From IMG/VR virus record IMGVR_UViG_3300026382_000010, positions 1-64,000 of that record: a stretch of DNA of 64,000 bases; one strand, written 5' to 3'. This document shows, in pieces, positions 46,247 through 56,017 of the stretch. The stretch's first letter is position 1. Every line of letters starts with the position of its first letter. The translations under genes and the position numbers were made by a program. Origin of the DNA: a virus. The notes beneath the pieces are model-generated. The model was not told the origin of the DNA, did no database searches, and saw only the letters and a program-made list of their open reading frames with translations.

Positions 46247-49200
46247 ATGGCTACATTAGATTTGTATCTTAAAGTTGCTCGGGATTTAAACTTAATTGAA
46301 AATGATGATATTCTTAGTTTGAGTCAGAATGTCCAAAAAAGTTTAGATGAGTTATGTAATATACTCGAAACATTACAATCCAAGCTCGGATTGTATAGTG
46401 TTTTATTCCCAGATCCGATTTTGACAATGATTGCCAATAGATTAATTCCAATTCAAGCTAAATTAAAAAGTATTGAAGCTTTTTTATCAGGTCAAGCAAT
46501 CTCACAGGATCTTGAAAAACTAAATGAAATAATAACCTTGCTCGAAAAAGTATATGCTATCAAGCCACTGCTTGAAGTTTTAATCAAATATTATGAATCT
46601 CAGGAATTCGACTCGTTAAAAACTCTTTTTCAGGAAGCCCACAGTAAAGCTTTAGAAATTTTAGAAAATGATGAATTGAAAATAACATCAGACGACTTCT
46701 ATACATTTTTTCCAAGCGATGCCGAAACATTGTCTTACAACTCCTACCTACAACTAATTAAATTCCGAGATTTTCTATATACTTCGAAATCCAATTATCT
46801 AGCATTTTTACGAAAATACTTTTACAATGCTAATAAACCTTTTGATTACATTGCTGAATTCAAAAAAGTTCTAGAGACTTTATACAACAAAGCGCTAGTA
46901 CTTGATGAGCATATAGCAAGTAACAAATCCTATACAGTTGTTGCAGCATTCTTTGGTTTATGCAATCGTCTTAAAAATGCATTCGCAAACATCTATATTC
47001 CAAAATTATCAACTTTAGAACTTAAAAGTGCATACAATAAATTAAAAACGCTTATTCCAAAATTGCAGCAATTTTACTCTGAGAATAAAGATTTACAAGC
47101 ATATATCTACTCGCTCACTAAATTTGATATTCCAGTTATATGGTATCCATTTTTGACAATTTATAAAGCGCTTTTACCAATTTACCAATACATTTTAGTA
47201 TTACGTGAGGCTTTTCCAAAAAATGTCGTAGATTATTTACAATTGTATTATGAAGTTGCCAGTGCTATCAATGATTTACGTAAATATCTAGAGGATGCAA
47301 CAGTTTTATACAATGAATTACGTCTCGGACTACAAAATGAATTATATGCCGAATTTCTTGCAGAAATCAATAAACTAAAACAAAGCAATTTAAATACTAT
47401 TGACTTACAGCTTTTAAATGAAATTGCAACGATAGTAAATTTCAATCTCGATATTGCTCATAATGATTTATATCAACTATTTCAGGCTCAAATTTTAGCA
47501 TTTTTATTCCTTCCATTTGAGTATCAGATTTCCTACGAAACATTTGACATTGCAATTTCAAATATTGAGCAAGTGTTGGAAAAATTAGATTTGCTACAAT
47601 CACTTAATGCTCCATACTTCCAAACTCCAACGGTTACTCAATTTGCTCCTGTCTTCAAAATGTATCTCGATAATTTTAACGAGAGTCATCTTTCTGAATT
47701 TCCACAAATATATAGCGTACTTGAAAAATCCCTCAATCAACTTATAGATACGCTGCATACGTATATTCATGCATTATATCCTTATGCAAATTATAGTCGT
47801 TTAGTAAATAACTTTCTCAATTATACTTCAATGTATTTTAATCCCGAGTTTATCAGTTTTCTTGAAACTGGAGCAAATGTAGCAAGCTTTCAAATTTCAT
47901 TTAAAGACATTTTATTTTCTCTTGTTGATTTAAAGAGTTATTTGGATAAGTGGCTTACTCTTGAGGAGGCTTTAAAAAATTTATATCGTAATTCAAGCGG
48001 ATTTTTTGATACCGTCAAGTTAATTCAAACACAAGAAGCATTTGATGTACAAAAAGCTGAATTCTTAAATAACTTCTGGAAGGAAAGTTACAATTATTTC
48101 CGAAACCATACGCTTACACTCCATCTTGACGAATACTGCAATACAATACATCAACTTTCAAATTTCCACGAGTGTATTTTACCACTTTCTTACCTAAATT
48201 TTGAAGCATTAGAAAAGCTAGAGCAAATTTTACAATTCTTCGATATCAATAAGATTGATAAGACTATTTCAGAGCTTTATACTTATGCAAGAAACCTTTC
48301 AAGTATAGATGTCAATTTGATTACTGATAACTATGAAAAACTTAAGGAGTTAACCCTTGAACCATTTTCGTATAACGAGTGGAATCTAATTTTAAACCAA
48401 ATGTATGCTCTATCCTTTTTAAAACATGTATTGCCATATAGTGAAATAAATTCATCTCCCGAAAATTTATACCTAACTCTAAAGCAAATTGTACGTACGG
48501 TATCTAAATTAAGCTTCATTTCTCCTAAAGTATTGGAGACTCTTGTTCAAAGTTACAATCAAAATCACTATGACATCAAGCAATTTTACCCAATCCACAT
48601 AATTATTACAAACCTAAAGAGAACTCTTGCAAAATACTTTGTACATGCGCTTGGTTTAAATGATACTTACGTAGATATTATTGTTGGATCAGTTAAATCA
48701 TTATCTGAACTGTATGAGGTATGCCCTACACTTGGATACAATGAAAGTAAGTTTGCAAATGCTCTCGCTCTCTTTAAAAGACTGTGCGATATCGAGAAAA
48801 AATTTGAAGCGTTATTTAAATTCTGTAATACAAGTAATTTGCCAGATACTTTAGAACTTGATACCAATGAGATTCCTAATGTCAACTATAATGCTTTAAA
48901 GCAATATATTATCTCACTATTTGAAATGCTTGATAAGGAGTGGTGGCATCTATTTTTCGATAAAGCAAAGTATCATTATGAAGCCTTTATCCAACTTTTT
49001 GCAAATAATGTATTGAATGTAGAGTTTGAGTATGACTTTGCGTTAAGCGATATTGTTTTATATGAAGTAAATCCAATGTATGATTATCACGACTCTGCAT
49101 TTGGTATTATCTATCTAAATGAATCGGAAGTAAGCGATGAATTACTTGGTACTAATACTTATATCCTAAGTCAAGTTGTAAATTACGGATTAAATGAAAT

Positions 49201-50953
49201 TGGATCCGACTTAGAAACCATATTGCAAGATATTCAGGAGTATCTTACGTATTTGCAAGACATCATAAAGTTTACAGAATCATATTCATGTAAATTATTT
49301 GTGGAATTTATACAAGGTAATCGAGATTTCTTATATAGACTTCGAAACTATAGCTCGTATTACGACTTTTATAAAGCAACTCCAAGTTTTTTAGAGGAAA
49401 TAAAACTCAAAATTAATCCAAATATGCTTCCGCAACTAGCCGCAAAACTAAAATGTTACCAAGAGTATTGCGAAATTTTAAAACAGCTTCGTGATAAATT
49501 AAAACAGTGGGTTGAAACATATCCAAATCAAGAATATCTACTTGCAAGTCAACAAATGTCTCAAATAACTTCAATCACTGACGACTTATATAATCTATTA
49601 ACCCAGCTTTATGCAAATTCAAGCATTCTTACCATTATAGTACTACTTAAGCATGTATACAATTTAATTCAAACGGTTATAGAACAACTCCGACAAATTT
49701 TACAAAACCTTCTCGATTTTATTCAAGCATTCTACGATAATCTAGCAAGTATCCTCGTGACATATTTAAATTCACTTGCTTCAAATTATCTTTTGGCATC
49801 TCTTTTATTTAATCCGAATGCATCATCAAGTTTACTTACATTGCTCGGATTAAGCTTATTTACTACATTATGTAACCAAGACGTTATAGCGCAGATAAAT
49901 GAAATGTTTTCAAATTTAGCATCCGATGGAAATGTAGGTACTTTAACAGCATATTTATACGAAAATAACTTAATCACAAAACCTGAAGTTGAGTTATTTG
50001 ATGAATCTATATTTGAAACTTATCCATATCTTGAAGTAATCCAAGTTAATGAAAATTTAGCAATCGATTATAATGATTCAAAAATCACCTGGTTTAATGA
50101 CAAACCAATTTTAACCTTCCGAATTTATGCAGTACATTATCATAATGATCGCAAAGTTTTACAATCACTAGGTTACGGAGTTATCGACAAGGATAATTCA
50201 ATATACTTACTTGAGAAGAATCCGACATATCCAAAATTGTATCCGTGGAATTTATATGAAATGGTATCACTTGAAAACGCATATTTCCGAGTATTACCAA
50301 TCAATGAAACCTACGGTTTACTATTTAATGGAACAATTCCACTTTGTATATACAATTTTGAAACAAAACAAGTTTATGTGGATCAAAGTTGGAATGATGT
50401 ATCCTACTTAATTCCAAAAGTTGATTTTAGTAATGCAATTGTTTCTAAGTTTTATGGCCCATTTGGGATTGCAGTAAATAAACAAGCCTACTTAACTGAC
50501 AAAACCTTTAAAGACAAATCTATTTATCTGGTTGACGTAGGTTTCGGTTTTTATTTAATTGACTCCAATGGCAAGGCATTTTACGATTCCTCTATCCTTA
50601 TGAATACCTATAGTCAATTGTATGTGGATCTTGACAATACGTATCAAGTTAATAGCTATACATATTACGGAGTAAAACTGCTAACTGGCTTAAATTTGAC
50701 ACATGAAACATATGGTCCATTTGCTATAAAACTTGGTAATCAATGCTTTTTGGTATTTAATACATCGCTTATTGCTTCTCAAAACGTTGATCCAAAAGTT
50801 TACCTTGGTAATAATTTACTTGTAGATAATGATAAACTATGGATTGGATTTATTAGAGGAAGCCTAAATTATATTGCCGATGAAAATCTTCATACATTAA
50901 AACTCGGTACAAAAGAATATAGTCTTAAAATTAGAGCACCCGTGTTAGCCTAA
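46247..50953 (+). CDS. Very large helical protein (~1568 aa) with beta-rich C-terminus, probably structural
   Basis: Start moved to ATG 46247 after AGGAAGG; no enzyme motif seen. Confidence 0.6.
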   Translation: MATLDLYLKVARDLNLIENDDILSLSQNVQKSLDELCNILETLQSKLGLYSVLFPDPILTMIANRLIPIQAKLKSIEAFLSGQAISQDLEKLNEIITLLEKVYAIKPLLEVLIKYYESQEFDSLKTLFQEAHSKALEILENDELKITSDDFYTFFPSDAETLSYNSYLQLIKFRDFLYTSKSNYLAFLRKYFYNANKPFDYIAEFKKVLETLYNKALVLDEHIASNKSYTVVAAFFGLCNRLKNAFANIYIPKLSTLELKSAYNKLKTLIPKLQQFYSENKDLQAYIYSLTKFDIPVIWYPFLTIYKALLPIYQYILVLREAFPKNVVDYLQLYYEVASAINDLRKYLEDATVLYNELRLGLQNELYAEFLAEINKLKQSNLNTIDLQLLNEIATIVNFNLDIAHNDLYQLFQAQILAFLFLPFEYQISYETFDIAISNIEQVLEKLDLLQSLNAPYFQTPTVTQFAPVFKMYLDNFNESHLSEFPQIYSVLEKSLNQLIDTLHTYIHALYPYANYSRLVNNFLNYTSMYFNPEFISFLETGANVASFQISFKDILFSLVDLKSYLDKWLTLEEALKNLYRNSSGFFDTVKLIQTQEAFDVQKAEFLNNFWKESYNYFRNHTLTLHLDEYCNTIHQLSNFHECILPLSYLNFEALEKLEQILQFFDINKIDKTISELYTYARNLSSIDVNLITDNYEKLKELTLEPFSYNEWNLILNQMYALSFLKHVLPYSEINSSPENLYLTLKQIVRTVSKLSFISPKVLETLVQSYNQNHYDIKQFYPIHIIITNLKRTLAKYFVHALGLNDTYVDIIVGSVKSLSELYEVCPTLGYNESKFANALALFKRLCDIEKKFEALFKFCNTSNLPDTLELDTNEIPNVNYNALKQYIISLFEMLDKEWWHLFFDKAKYHYEAFIQLFANNVLNVEFEYDFALSDIVLYEVNPMYDYHDSAFGIIYLNESEVSDELLGTNTYILSQVVNYGLNEIGSDLETILQDIQEYLTYLQDIIKFTESYSCKLFVEFIQGNRDFLYRLRNYSSYYDFYKATPSFLEEIKLKINPNMLPQLAAKLKCYQEYCEILKQLRDKLKQWVETYPNQEYLLASQQMSQITSITDDLYNLLTQLYANSSILTIIVLLKHVYNLIQTVIEQLRQILQNLLDFIQAFYDNLASILVTYLNSLASNYLLASLLFNPNASSSLLTLLGLSLFTTLCNQDVIAQINEMFSNLASDGNVGTLTAYLYENNLITKPEVELFDESIFETYPYLEVIQVNENLAIDYNDSKITWFNDKPILTFRIYAVHYHNDRKVLQSLGYGVIDKDNSIYLLEKNPTYPKLYPWNLYEMVSLENAYFRVLPINETYGLLFNGTIPLCIYNFETKQVYVDQSWNDVSYLIPKVDFSNAIVSKFYGPFGIAVNKQAYLTDKTFKDKSIYLVDVGFGFYLIDSNGKAFYDSSILMNTYSQLYVDLDNTYQVNSYTYYGVKLLTGLNLTHETYGPFAIKLGNQCFLVFNTSLIASQNVDPKVYLGNNLLVDNDKLWIGFIRGSLNYIADENLHTLKLGTKEYSLKIRAPVLA

Positions 50954-50970
50954 GGAAAAGGAGGGTTATT

Positions 50971-51402
50971 ATGCAACCTATGGAAATTCCAGAGGAATTA
51001 CTAAAAAAATATTCTCGTTTTATGAGACATCCTAAAGCTTTGTACTTTAAACTGGTTCAAATTCCCTTTGAACCTGAGTTAATTGATTTATATGCTGACA
51101 AATATAGTACAATTGCATTTTGGTTGGATCAACTAGAAAAATTTCCCAAAGATTTCCCAGAACCTCTTGCAATTTATATACAACAAGAAAAACAAAAGAG
51201 TTTGAGTTTTTTTAAACCAGGGATACATGTAGTTTTAACATCGCCTTTTCTTCCTTTTTACCGCGGTTGGATTTTAGAGGTTTTTCATACGGAAGATGCT
51301 GAAAGCTTTGCACAAACTTTACTACAATATGATATAATGGTATATGGTTATAACGTGCATCGTATTAAAAACCTACAGTTTGAATCGCTTTTTAATTTCT
51401 AA
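50971..51402 (+). CDS. Hypothetical protein
   Basis: 143 aa, AGGAGGG RBS. Confidence 0.7.
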   Translation: MQPMEIPEELLKKYSRFMRHPKALYFKLVQIPFEPELIDLYADKYSTIAFWLDQLEKFPKDFPEPLAIYIQQEKQKSLSFFKPGIHVVLTSPFLPFYRGWILEVFHTEDAESFAQTLLQYDIMVYGYNVHRIKNLQFESLFNF

Positions 51403-51429
51403 AATCAACATTATAAAGAGGTATACCCA

Positions 51430-51573
51430 ATGAAATTCAAATCTCTACGTGAGTATTTATTGTATATGATGCAAAACAAACAACTTCCAACTGGACCGAA
51501 AGATAATTTCTCAATGTCTGAATCAGTTTCTCGCAAAATCATCCGCGTAAATAAAAATAAGAAACAAAAATAA
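51430..51573 (+). CDS. 47-aa basic microprotein
   Basis: Not in ORF track; GAGGT RBS; MKFKSLREYLLYMMQNKQLP...KNKKQK. Confidence 0.5.
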   Translation: MKFKSLREYLLYMMQNKQLPTGPKDNFSMSESVSRKIIRVNKNKKQK

Positions 51574-51599
51574 AACTGTAAAAGGAGGTACTCTTAACA

Positions 51600-52343
51600 A
51601 TGAACGATATTGTTTATGTAATTGCATTTGTAGGAAGAAAAGGATCCGGAAAAACAACTGCAGCACAATATCTAGTGGAAAAATACGGTTTTCATAAAGT
51701 ATCTTTTGCCAAACCTTTAAAAGATTTAGTTGCAAGTCTTGGAGTTAATAAAGAAGGTGAACTTTTAAATCCTGCTCTTAAAGATTTCTCAATGCAAAAA
51801 CTAATTGATTATGTAATTACGGGTTTAAGAAATTTTGAACCAAATTTACCAATTTCTCATAGTGTAGCTTCAATTATTGCTGCAAGTATTTATCATTATT
51901 ACCACTCCGATAATATTGAAGATAGAAAACGCATTGCTAGAAAACTTTTGCAATTTATCGGTACAGATGTATTTAGAGCATGGCGTTCAGATTATTGGGT
52001 AGCTAAAGCAATTGGTATGATTCAAACTCTTATAAAACAGGGAATTACTAAGATAACTATTGACGATATGCGATTTCCAAATGAATTCCAAGCTATTTTA
52101 GAATTTTCAGATGTTTACGTAGTTAACGATAAAATCTACAATGTTTTTAGATACATTGTAGGAATTATTGGAAAAACAGATAACGACGAGCATCCATCTG
52201 AAACTGAAGTTGATAAATTAATTCCGAAATGTCATAGTATTATTCATAATACCTATGATGAGAAATTTTTTGAGCATCTAGATAGACTGCTTGAGGAGGT
52301 TAATATAAAAGTACGAAATGTAGAAACTGCAGATGGAGCTTAA
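51600..52343 (+). CDS. Deoxynucleoside monophosphate kinase (T4 gp1-like)
   Basis: GRKGSGKT, SFAKPLK, RKLLQFIGTD, DDMRFPNE, HPSE. Confidence 0.92.
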   Translation: MNDIVYVIAFVGRKGSGKTTAAQYLVEKYGFHKVSFAKPLKDLVASLGVNKEGELLNPALKDFSMQKLIDYVITGLRNFEPNLPISHSVASIIAASIYHYYHSDNIEDRKRIARKLLQFIGTDVFRAWRSDYWVAKAIGMIQTLIKQGITKITIDDMRFPNEFQAILEFSDVYVVNDKIYNVFRYIVGIIGKTDNDEHPSETEVDKLIPKCHSIIHNTYDEKFFEHLDRLLEEVNIKVRNVETADGA

Positions 52344-52632
52344 AGAACGCGATCTTCAACTTTTAGAAAAGTATTTAGGTAAAGATGGTTTAAAGGAATA
52401 CTTATTCAAGCAAACCCAACTGGAAATTATCAGAGCATCTGTACGTCCAATTCTTACGATTTTAATAATTGGACTCTTTATGATTGCATTGATCATAGGA
52501 TTATATACTCATCAGCTTTCGTATAAAGAATTTCTACTTTCAATTTCAGGAACCGTATCCACATTAATTGGCTTTTGGTTTGGAGAACGTGCAGCTTTGA
52601 AAAATCCAAATGCAAATAATACTCTAGATTAA
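52333..52632 (+). CDS. Holin-like membrane protein
   Basis: SVRPILT + two TMs + FWFGER. Confidence 0.6.
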   Translation: MELKERDLQLLEKYLGKDGLKEYLFKQTQLEIIRASVRPILTILIIGLFMIALIIGLYTHQLSYKEFLLSISGTVSTLIGFWFGERAALKNPNANNTLD

Positions 52633-52661
52633 TCAATCCTTAAATTTTCAATGGTAAAACA

Positions 52662-53399
52662 ATGAGTGCAATTCGTACTTATGACAACATTAGTTTAGAT
52701 GATGTGATTGAAAAATGGGCTCAAGATGTAGCAGAATATTGGTTTCCTTCGTATCGCGACAGGTTTATTAGTTTACTGCGCTACTCTGAATTCAGAACCT
52801 ATCAATTTACCGATTACGTAAATGAAATTATGCAGTATTACTTTGAAAACTGGAGTGAGAAACGGCTAAAAATTTATTTCTTCGAGTTTTTTAGAAAGCA
52901 AGTGTTTATTCAAACAGAAGATTCCGAAGGAAATATTCATTATATTCCAGTTCAATCATGGTGTAATTTTACCCCAGATTATATTATTTTCCATTACAAG
53001 TATAACAAAATAACTATCCCACGAAAAACTGCAGAGGATTTAATACCAGAGGAATATGTAAAAGGTTTCCTTTATGCTCAAGCAAAAAATAATGTGAGAG
53101 TTCCAACGTTAGCATTCGGAATTCAAGAAGTATACGATGTGCTCTACAGATATTATCAAGGATTTGCTACATTACAAGATGTTGATAAAGTTTTAGCTAA
53201 ACATTCAATCAACTATTTCCCTTTTCCAAATTTAATTCAACCAAAATCTAAACTCGACTGGGAATGGATAAAGAAGTACGTCTATCATATTGCGTGGGTT
53301 AATTTATATGAAAGTGAAGCTTGTACATTTGAACGACTTGTTGAAATCGGGCCAAAATTTTACCGTCATGAAATTTACAACTTTGTATATTTACTTTAA
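52662..53399 (+). CDS. Hypothetical aromatic-rich protein
   Basis: 245 aa ORF. Confidence 0.6.
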   Translation: MSAIRTYDNISLDDVIEKWAQDVAEYWFPSYRDRFISLLRYSEFRTYQFTDYVNEIMQYYFENWSEKRLKIYFFEFFRKQVFIQTEDSEGNIHYIPVQSWCNFTPDYIIFHYKYNKITIPRKTAEDLIPEEYVKGFLYAQAKNNVRVPTLAFGIQEVYDVLYRYYQGFATLQDVDKVLAKHSINYFPFPNLIQPKSKLDWEWIKKYVYHIAWVNLYESEACTFERLVEIGPKFYRHEIYNFVYLL

Positions 53400-53419
53400 A
53401 GAGAAGGTGGTATGTAAAA

Positions 53420-54100
53420 ATGAGCTGTCCCTGTAGAAAATACAGTCGTGTAAATAAACCAACTGTACAAAAAAAGCTATATGTGTATACTGGATGCTGC
53501 GGATCTTACAACAAAGACTATCTTGATGCATGTCTTAAGATGCTTTCTCGGTTTTTCAAAATTATTATTGCAGATTTACCATGTTGCGGAATGAATACTT
53601 GGTATCTTAATCCAAATTTAACTATAGCCCGTCTAGCAAATCTAAACAAAATCATTATTGATCACATTCCCATTGTTAGCTTATGTAGTTCATGTACATT
53701 GAGTTTGGGATTTGTATTTGCACTTCATTATAGCGAAAAATTCGGTTTACTAAAGGATTTGCTATCCATATGTACTCAATATTATATGCCAAATATAGTA
53801 CGAGCATTAAACGCAAAAAGAACTCTATTGGTTGTAGGTATGCATAATTTATATACTTTTGGTATTGAGTACTACAAATTTCAACAAAGTAAATTACGTG
53901 CATTCATACCAACTATTTCAATTTTTGAACTCAATACTACATTAACAACTGAAATGTATTACAAAGAACCATATAACTCTCAATACATAGAAACTCTAAA
54001 GCGAATCTCTAGACAGTATGATCTAGTTGTAACTACGGCAATTAATATCGCAAATGAATTGGATTTTACAGTTTACTTACCAACTTTATTATCTGCATAA
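53420..54100 (+). CDS. CCG-domain (HdrB/SdhE-like) Fe-S protein
   Basis: C26-x28-CCG-x31-CxxC (YTGCC, LPCCGM, LCSSC). Confidence 0.65.
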   Translation: MSCPCRKYSRVNKPTVQKKLYVYTGCCGSYNKDYLDACLKMLSRFFKIIIADLPCCGMNTWYLNPNLTIARLANLNKIIIDHIPIVSLCSSCTLSLGFVFALHYSEKFGLLKDLLSICTQYYMPNIVRALNAKRTLLVVGMHNLYTFGIEYYKFQQSKLRAFIPTISIFELNTTLTTEMYYKEPYNSQYIETLKRISRQYDLVVTTAINIANELDFTVYLPTLLSA

Positions 54101-54137
54101 ATAATTCATGACAAAAAACATAAAGGAGGTATTTTTT

Positions 54138-54779
54138 ATGTGTACTACTATCATGTATCACGGAAAGCTTTCACTATTTAAGCAAATCATTCCTACGCCA
54201 GAAAAATTAAAACGTATTTGGTTTTATCGCGGATATGATGCTTTGGGACATCTATTTATCAACTATAGCACAAATTTTGCAAAAAAATACGTTGGTCATT
54301 TTTGGGATAAAGAGCATAGTTCAGAAAATATAAAGGAGGTTTTTGAGAAAGCAGTTTACAATATTTACGAGCGAAAGCATAAAGGCGATCCTGAAGTACT
54401 AATTGCTTTATATGCGCGTGCAATTCCGGAAACTGAACCAATCGATACCCATTTACCTTTAATTCTAGAAATTCAACCACTGGATTTGCGCGACTATATT
54501 TTTTTACATCATGGTATAGTATACGAGTTTGATAACGTAAAGGTAACTGACGAAATAATCGATACTCAACTTGTTGCATTTTATATCGACTCGATGTCTG
54601 AAAAACTTGAAGTATCTGAAATAGCAAGACATCTAAAAGAGAAAACCAAAGGAATGTCTCTATACATTCTCTACCACAAAATGCTAAAGAAAATTATCGT
54701 CGTGGAAGCAGGGTTAAAAGCATTTACTTATCAGTTTAAGGATGGAATGCTCGTATCAAATTTTGCACTCTTTGTATAA
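54138..54779 (+). CDS. Class II (Ntn) glutamine amidotransferase, Gat-QueC-type GAT domain
   Basis: Start ATG 54138 (AGGAGGT RBS) gives an N-terminal Cys; RGYDA, RAIPETE, IQP, HHG, IDT. Confidence 0.8.
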   Translation: MCTTIMYHGKLSLFKQIIPTPEKLKRIWFYRGYDALGHLFINYSTNFAKKYVGHFWDKEHSSENIKEVFEKAVYNIYERKHKGDPEVLIALYARAIPETEPIDTHLPLILEIQPLDLRDYIFLHHGIVYEFDNVKVTDEIIDTQLVAFYIDSMSEKLEVSEIARHLKEKTKGMSLYILYHKMLKKIIVVEAGLKAFTYQFKDGMLVSNFALFV

Positions 54780-54810
54780 AAAAGAAGAAGGAAAAAGGAG
54801 GTATATAAAA

Positions 54811-55518
54811 ATGCTATATCGAAATCTTACAGTACAAGTAGATCCTATTGAAAGAAAATTTTATCTTGAGGGAAATGTAAACTGTAAAACTGCACTTGTT
54901 TTATACTCCTCAGGATTGGAATCAATCACCAACGTCTATCTTTTATTACGCTTGAATATAAAACCATACTTGCTTCACTTTACATACAATCATTTGGCCG
55001 CAGAAATTGAACTCATAAAAACAAGAGAGCTTGCAAAAAAATTAAATCTACCGCTTTACATCATTGAAATGCCTGAATTGGCACCTATCTCTAATTTTGA
55101 TGAAGAAGAAGCAGAATCTAGTTCACATTACATTCCTGTTCGTAATACGCTTTTTATTACTTACGCTCTAAAAATTGCTGAAGAAAATCAATTGGACGCA
55201 GTAGTATTGGGAGCAAATTTATCAGAATCTATGACTTATCCTGATAACTCCTACCCATATATATTTGGATTCGGATATGTTGCAAATTACGCAACGCAAT
55301 TTCCAAATACTGTGACTATCTTAACCCCTTTAATAAACCTAACGAAAACATATCTCGTAAAATTGGGCGAACTACTAAATGTAGATTATTCAATGTCAAA
55401 TTCATGCTACTATCCAAATGAAAATGGAGAGCCATGTAATAAGTGTGGTTCATGTATTTTACGAAACATAGCATTTGAGCGTGCAGAAGAACTCGGGAGG
55501 TTTACACTGACTTTCTAG
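54811..55518 (+). CDS. queC: QueC (preQ0 synthase; Gat-QueC-type)
   Basis: YSSGLES, IPVRNTLF, GANL..YPDN, PLINLTK, SCY..PCNKCGSC..R; start ATG 54811 after AGGAGG. Confidence 0.92.
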   Translation: MLYRNLTVQVDPIERKFYLEGNVNCKTALVLYSSGLESITNVYLLLRLNIKPYLLHFTYNHLAAEIELIKTRELAKKLNLPLYIIEMPELAPISNFDEEEAESSSHYIPVRNTLFITYALKIAEENQLDAVVLGANLSESMTYPDNSYPYIFGFGYVANYATQFPNTVTILTPLINLTKTYLVKLGELLNVDYSMSNSCYYPNENGEPCNKCGSCILRNIAFERAEELGRFTLTF

Positions 55519-55556
55519 TAGGTGTATAAGTTCAAAGGACGGCAAGCAATTGTAAA

Positions 55557-55973
55557 ATGCTTGATAGGGAAACAATAACTGCGTTCAAAGTATTTGTTGA
55601 TAGCTATCCATTACATTCTCTATTGTTTTTAATAGCGATAATTATTTTTGGATTGATAATTCTTATTTCAAAATTAGGACTGAAATTTGGGAAAAAGTCT
55701 AGCTCTAATGATAATGAACAAAGCAAAACTAAGGATGTAGATATTGATGAACTCATCAAGGAATTGCGCGAGACATCAAGCAAACTCGAAGCAATATTAA
55801 ATCAAATGAGACAAGAAATGCAAACTGATACCAAATTAAGGGATAAGGATTTTAATCGCATTTTCGACGAGTTTAAACACATTCATGAGCGTTTAGATAA
55901 AATATATCTACAGGTGGAGGTAATAGTTACAAAGCTTGATTCATTGCTTAGAACCGATAAGTTTTTACGTTAA
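55557..55973 (+). CDS. N-terminal TM + coiled-coil protein (possibly lysis-related)
   Basis: Single TM followed by heptads. Confidence 0.55.
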   Translation: MLDRETITAFKVFVDSYPLHSLLFLIAIIIFGLIILISKLGLKFGKKSSSNDNEQSKTKDVDIDELIKELRETSSKLEAILNQMRQEMQTDTKLRDKDFNRIFDEFKHIHERLDKIYLQVEVIVTKLDSLLRTDKFLR

Positions 55974-56017
55974 TCAAAGGATGGTATTATTAAGTACATA
56001 TTAATAAACGGGTAACA

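Noticed and set aside
54742-54811. Frameshift fusion or sequencing error recreating fused Gat-QueC
   Set aside because: The frames overlap, but queC has its own AGGAGG RBS and ATG at 54811, so two genes is simpler. Raw reads would settle it.
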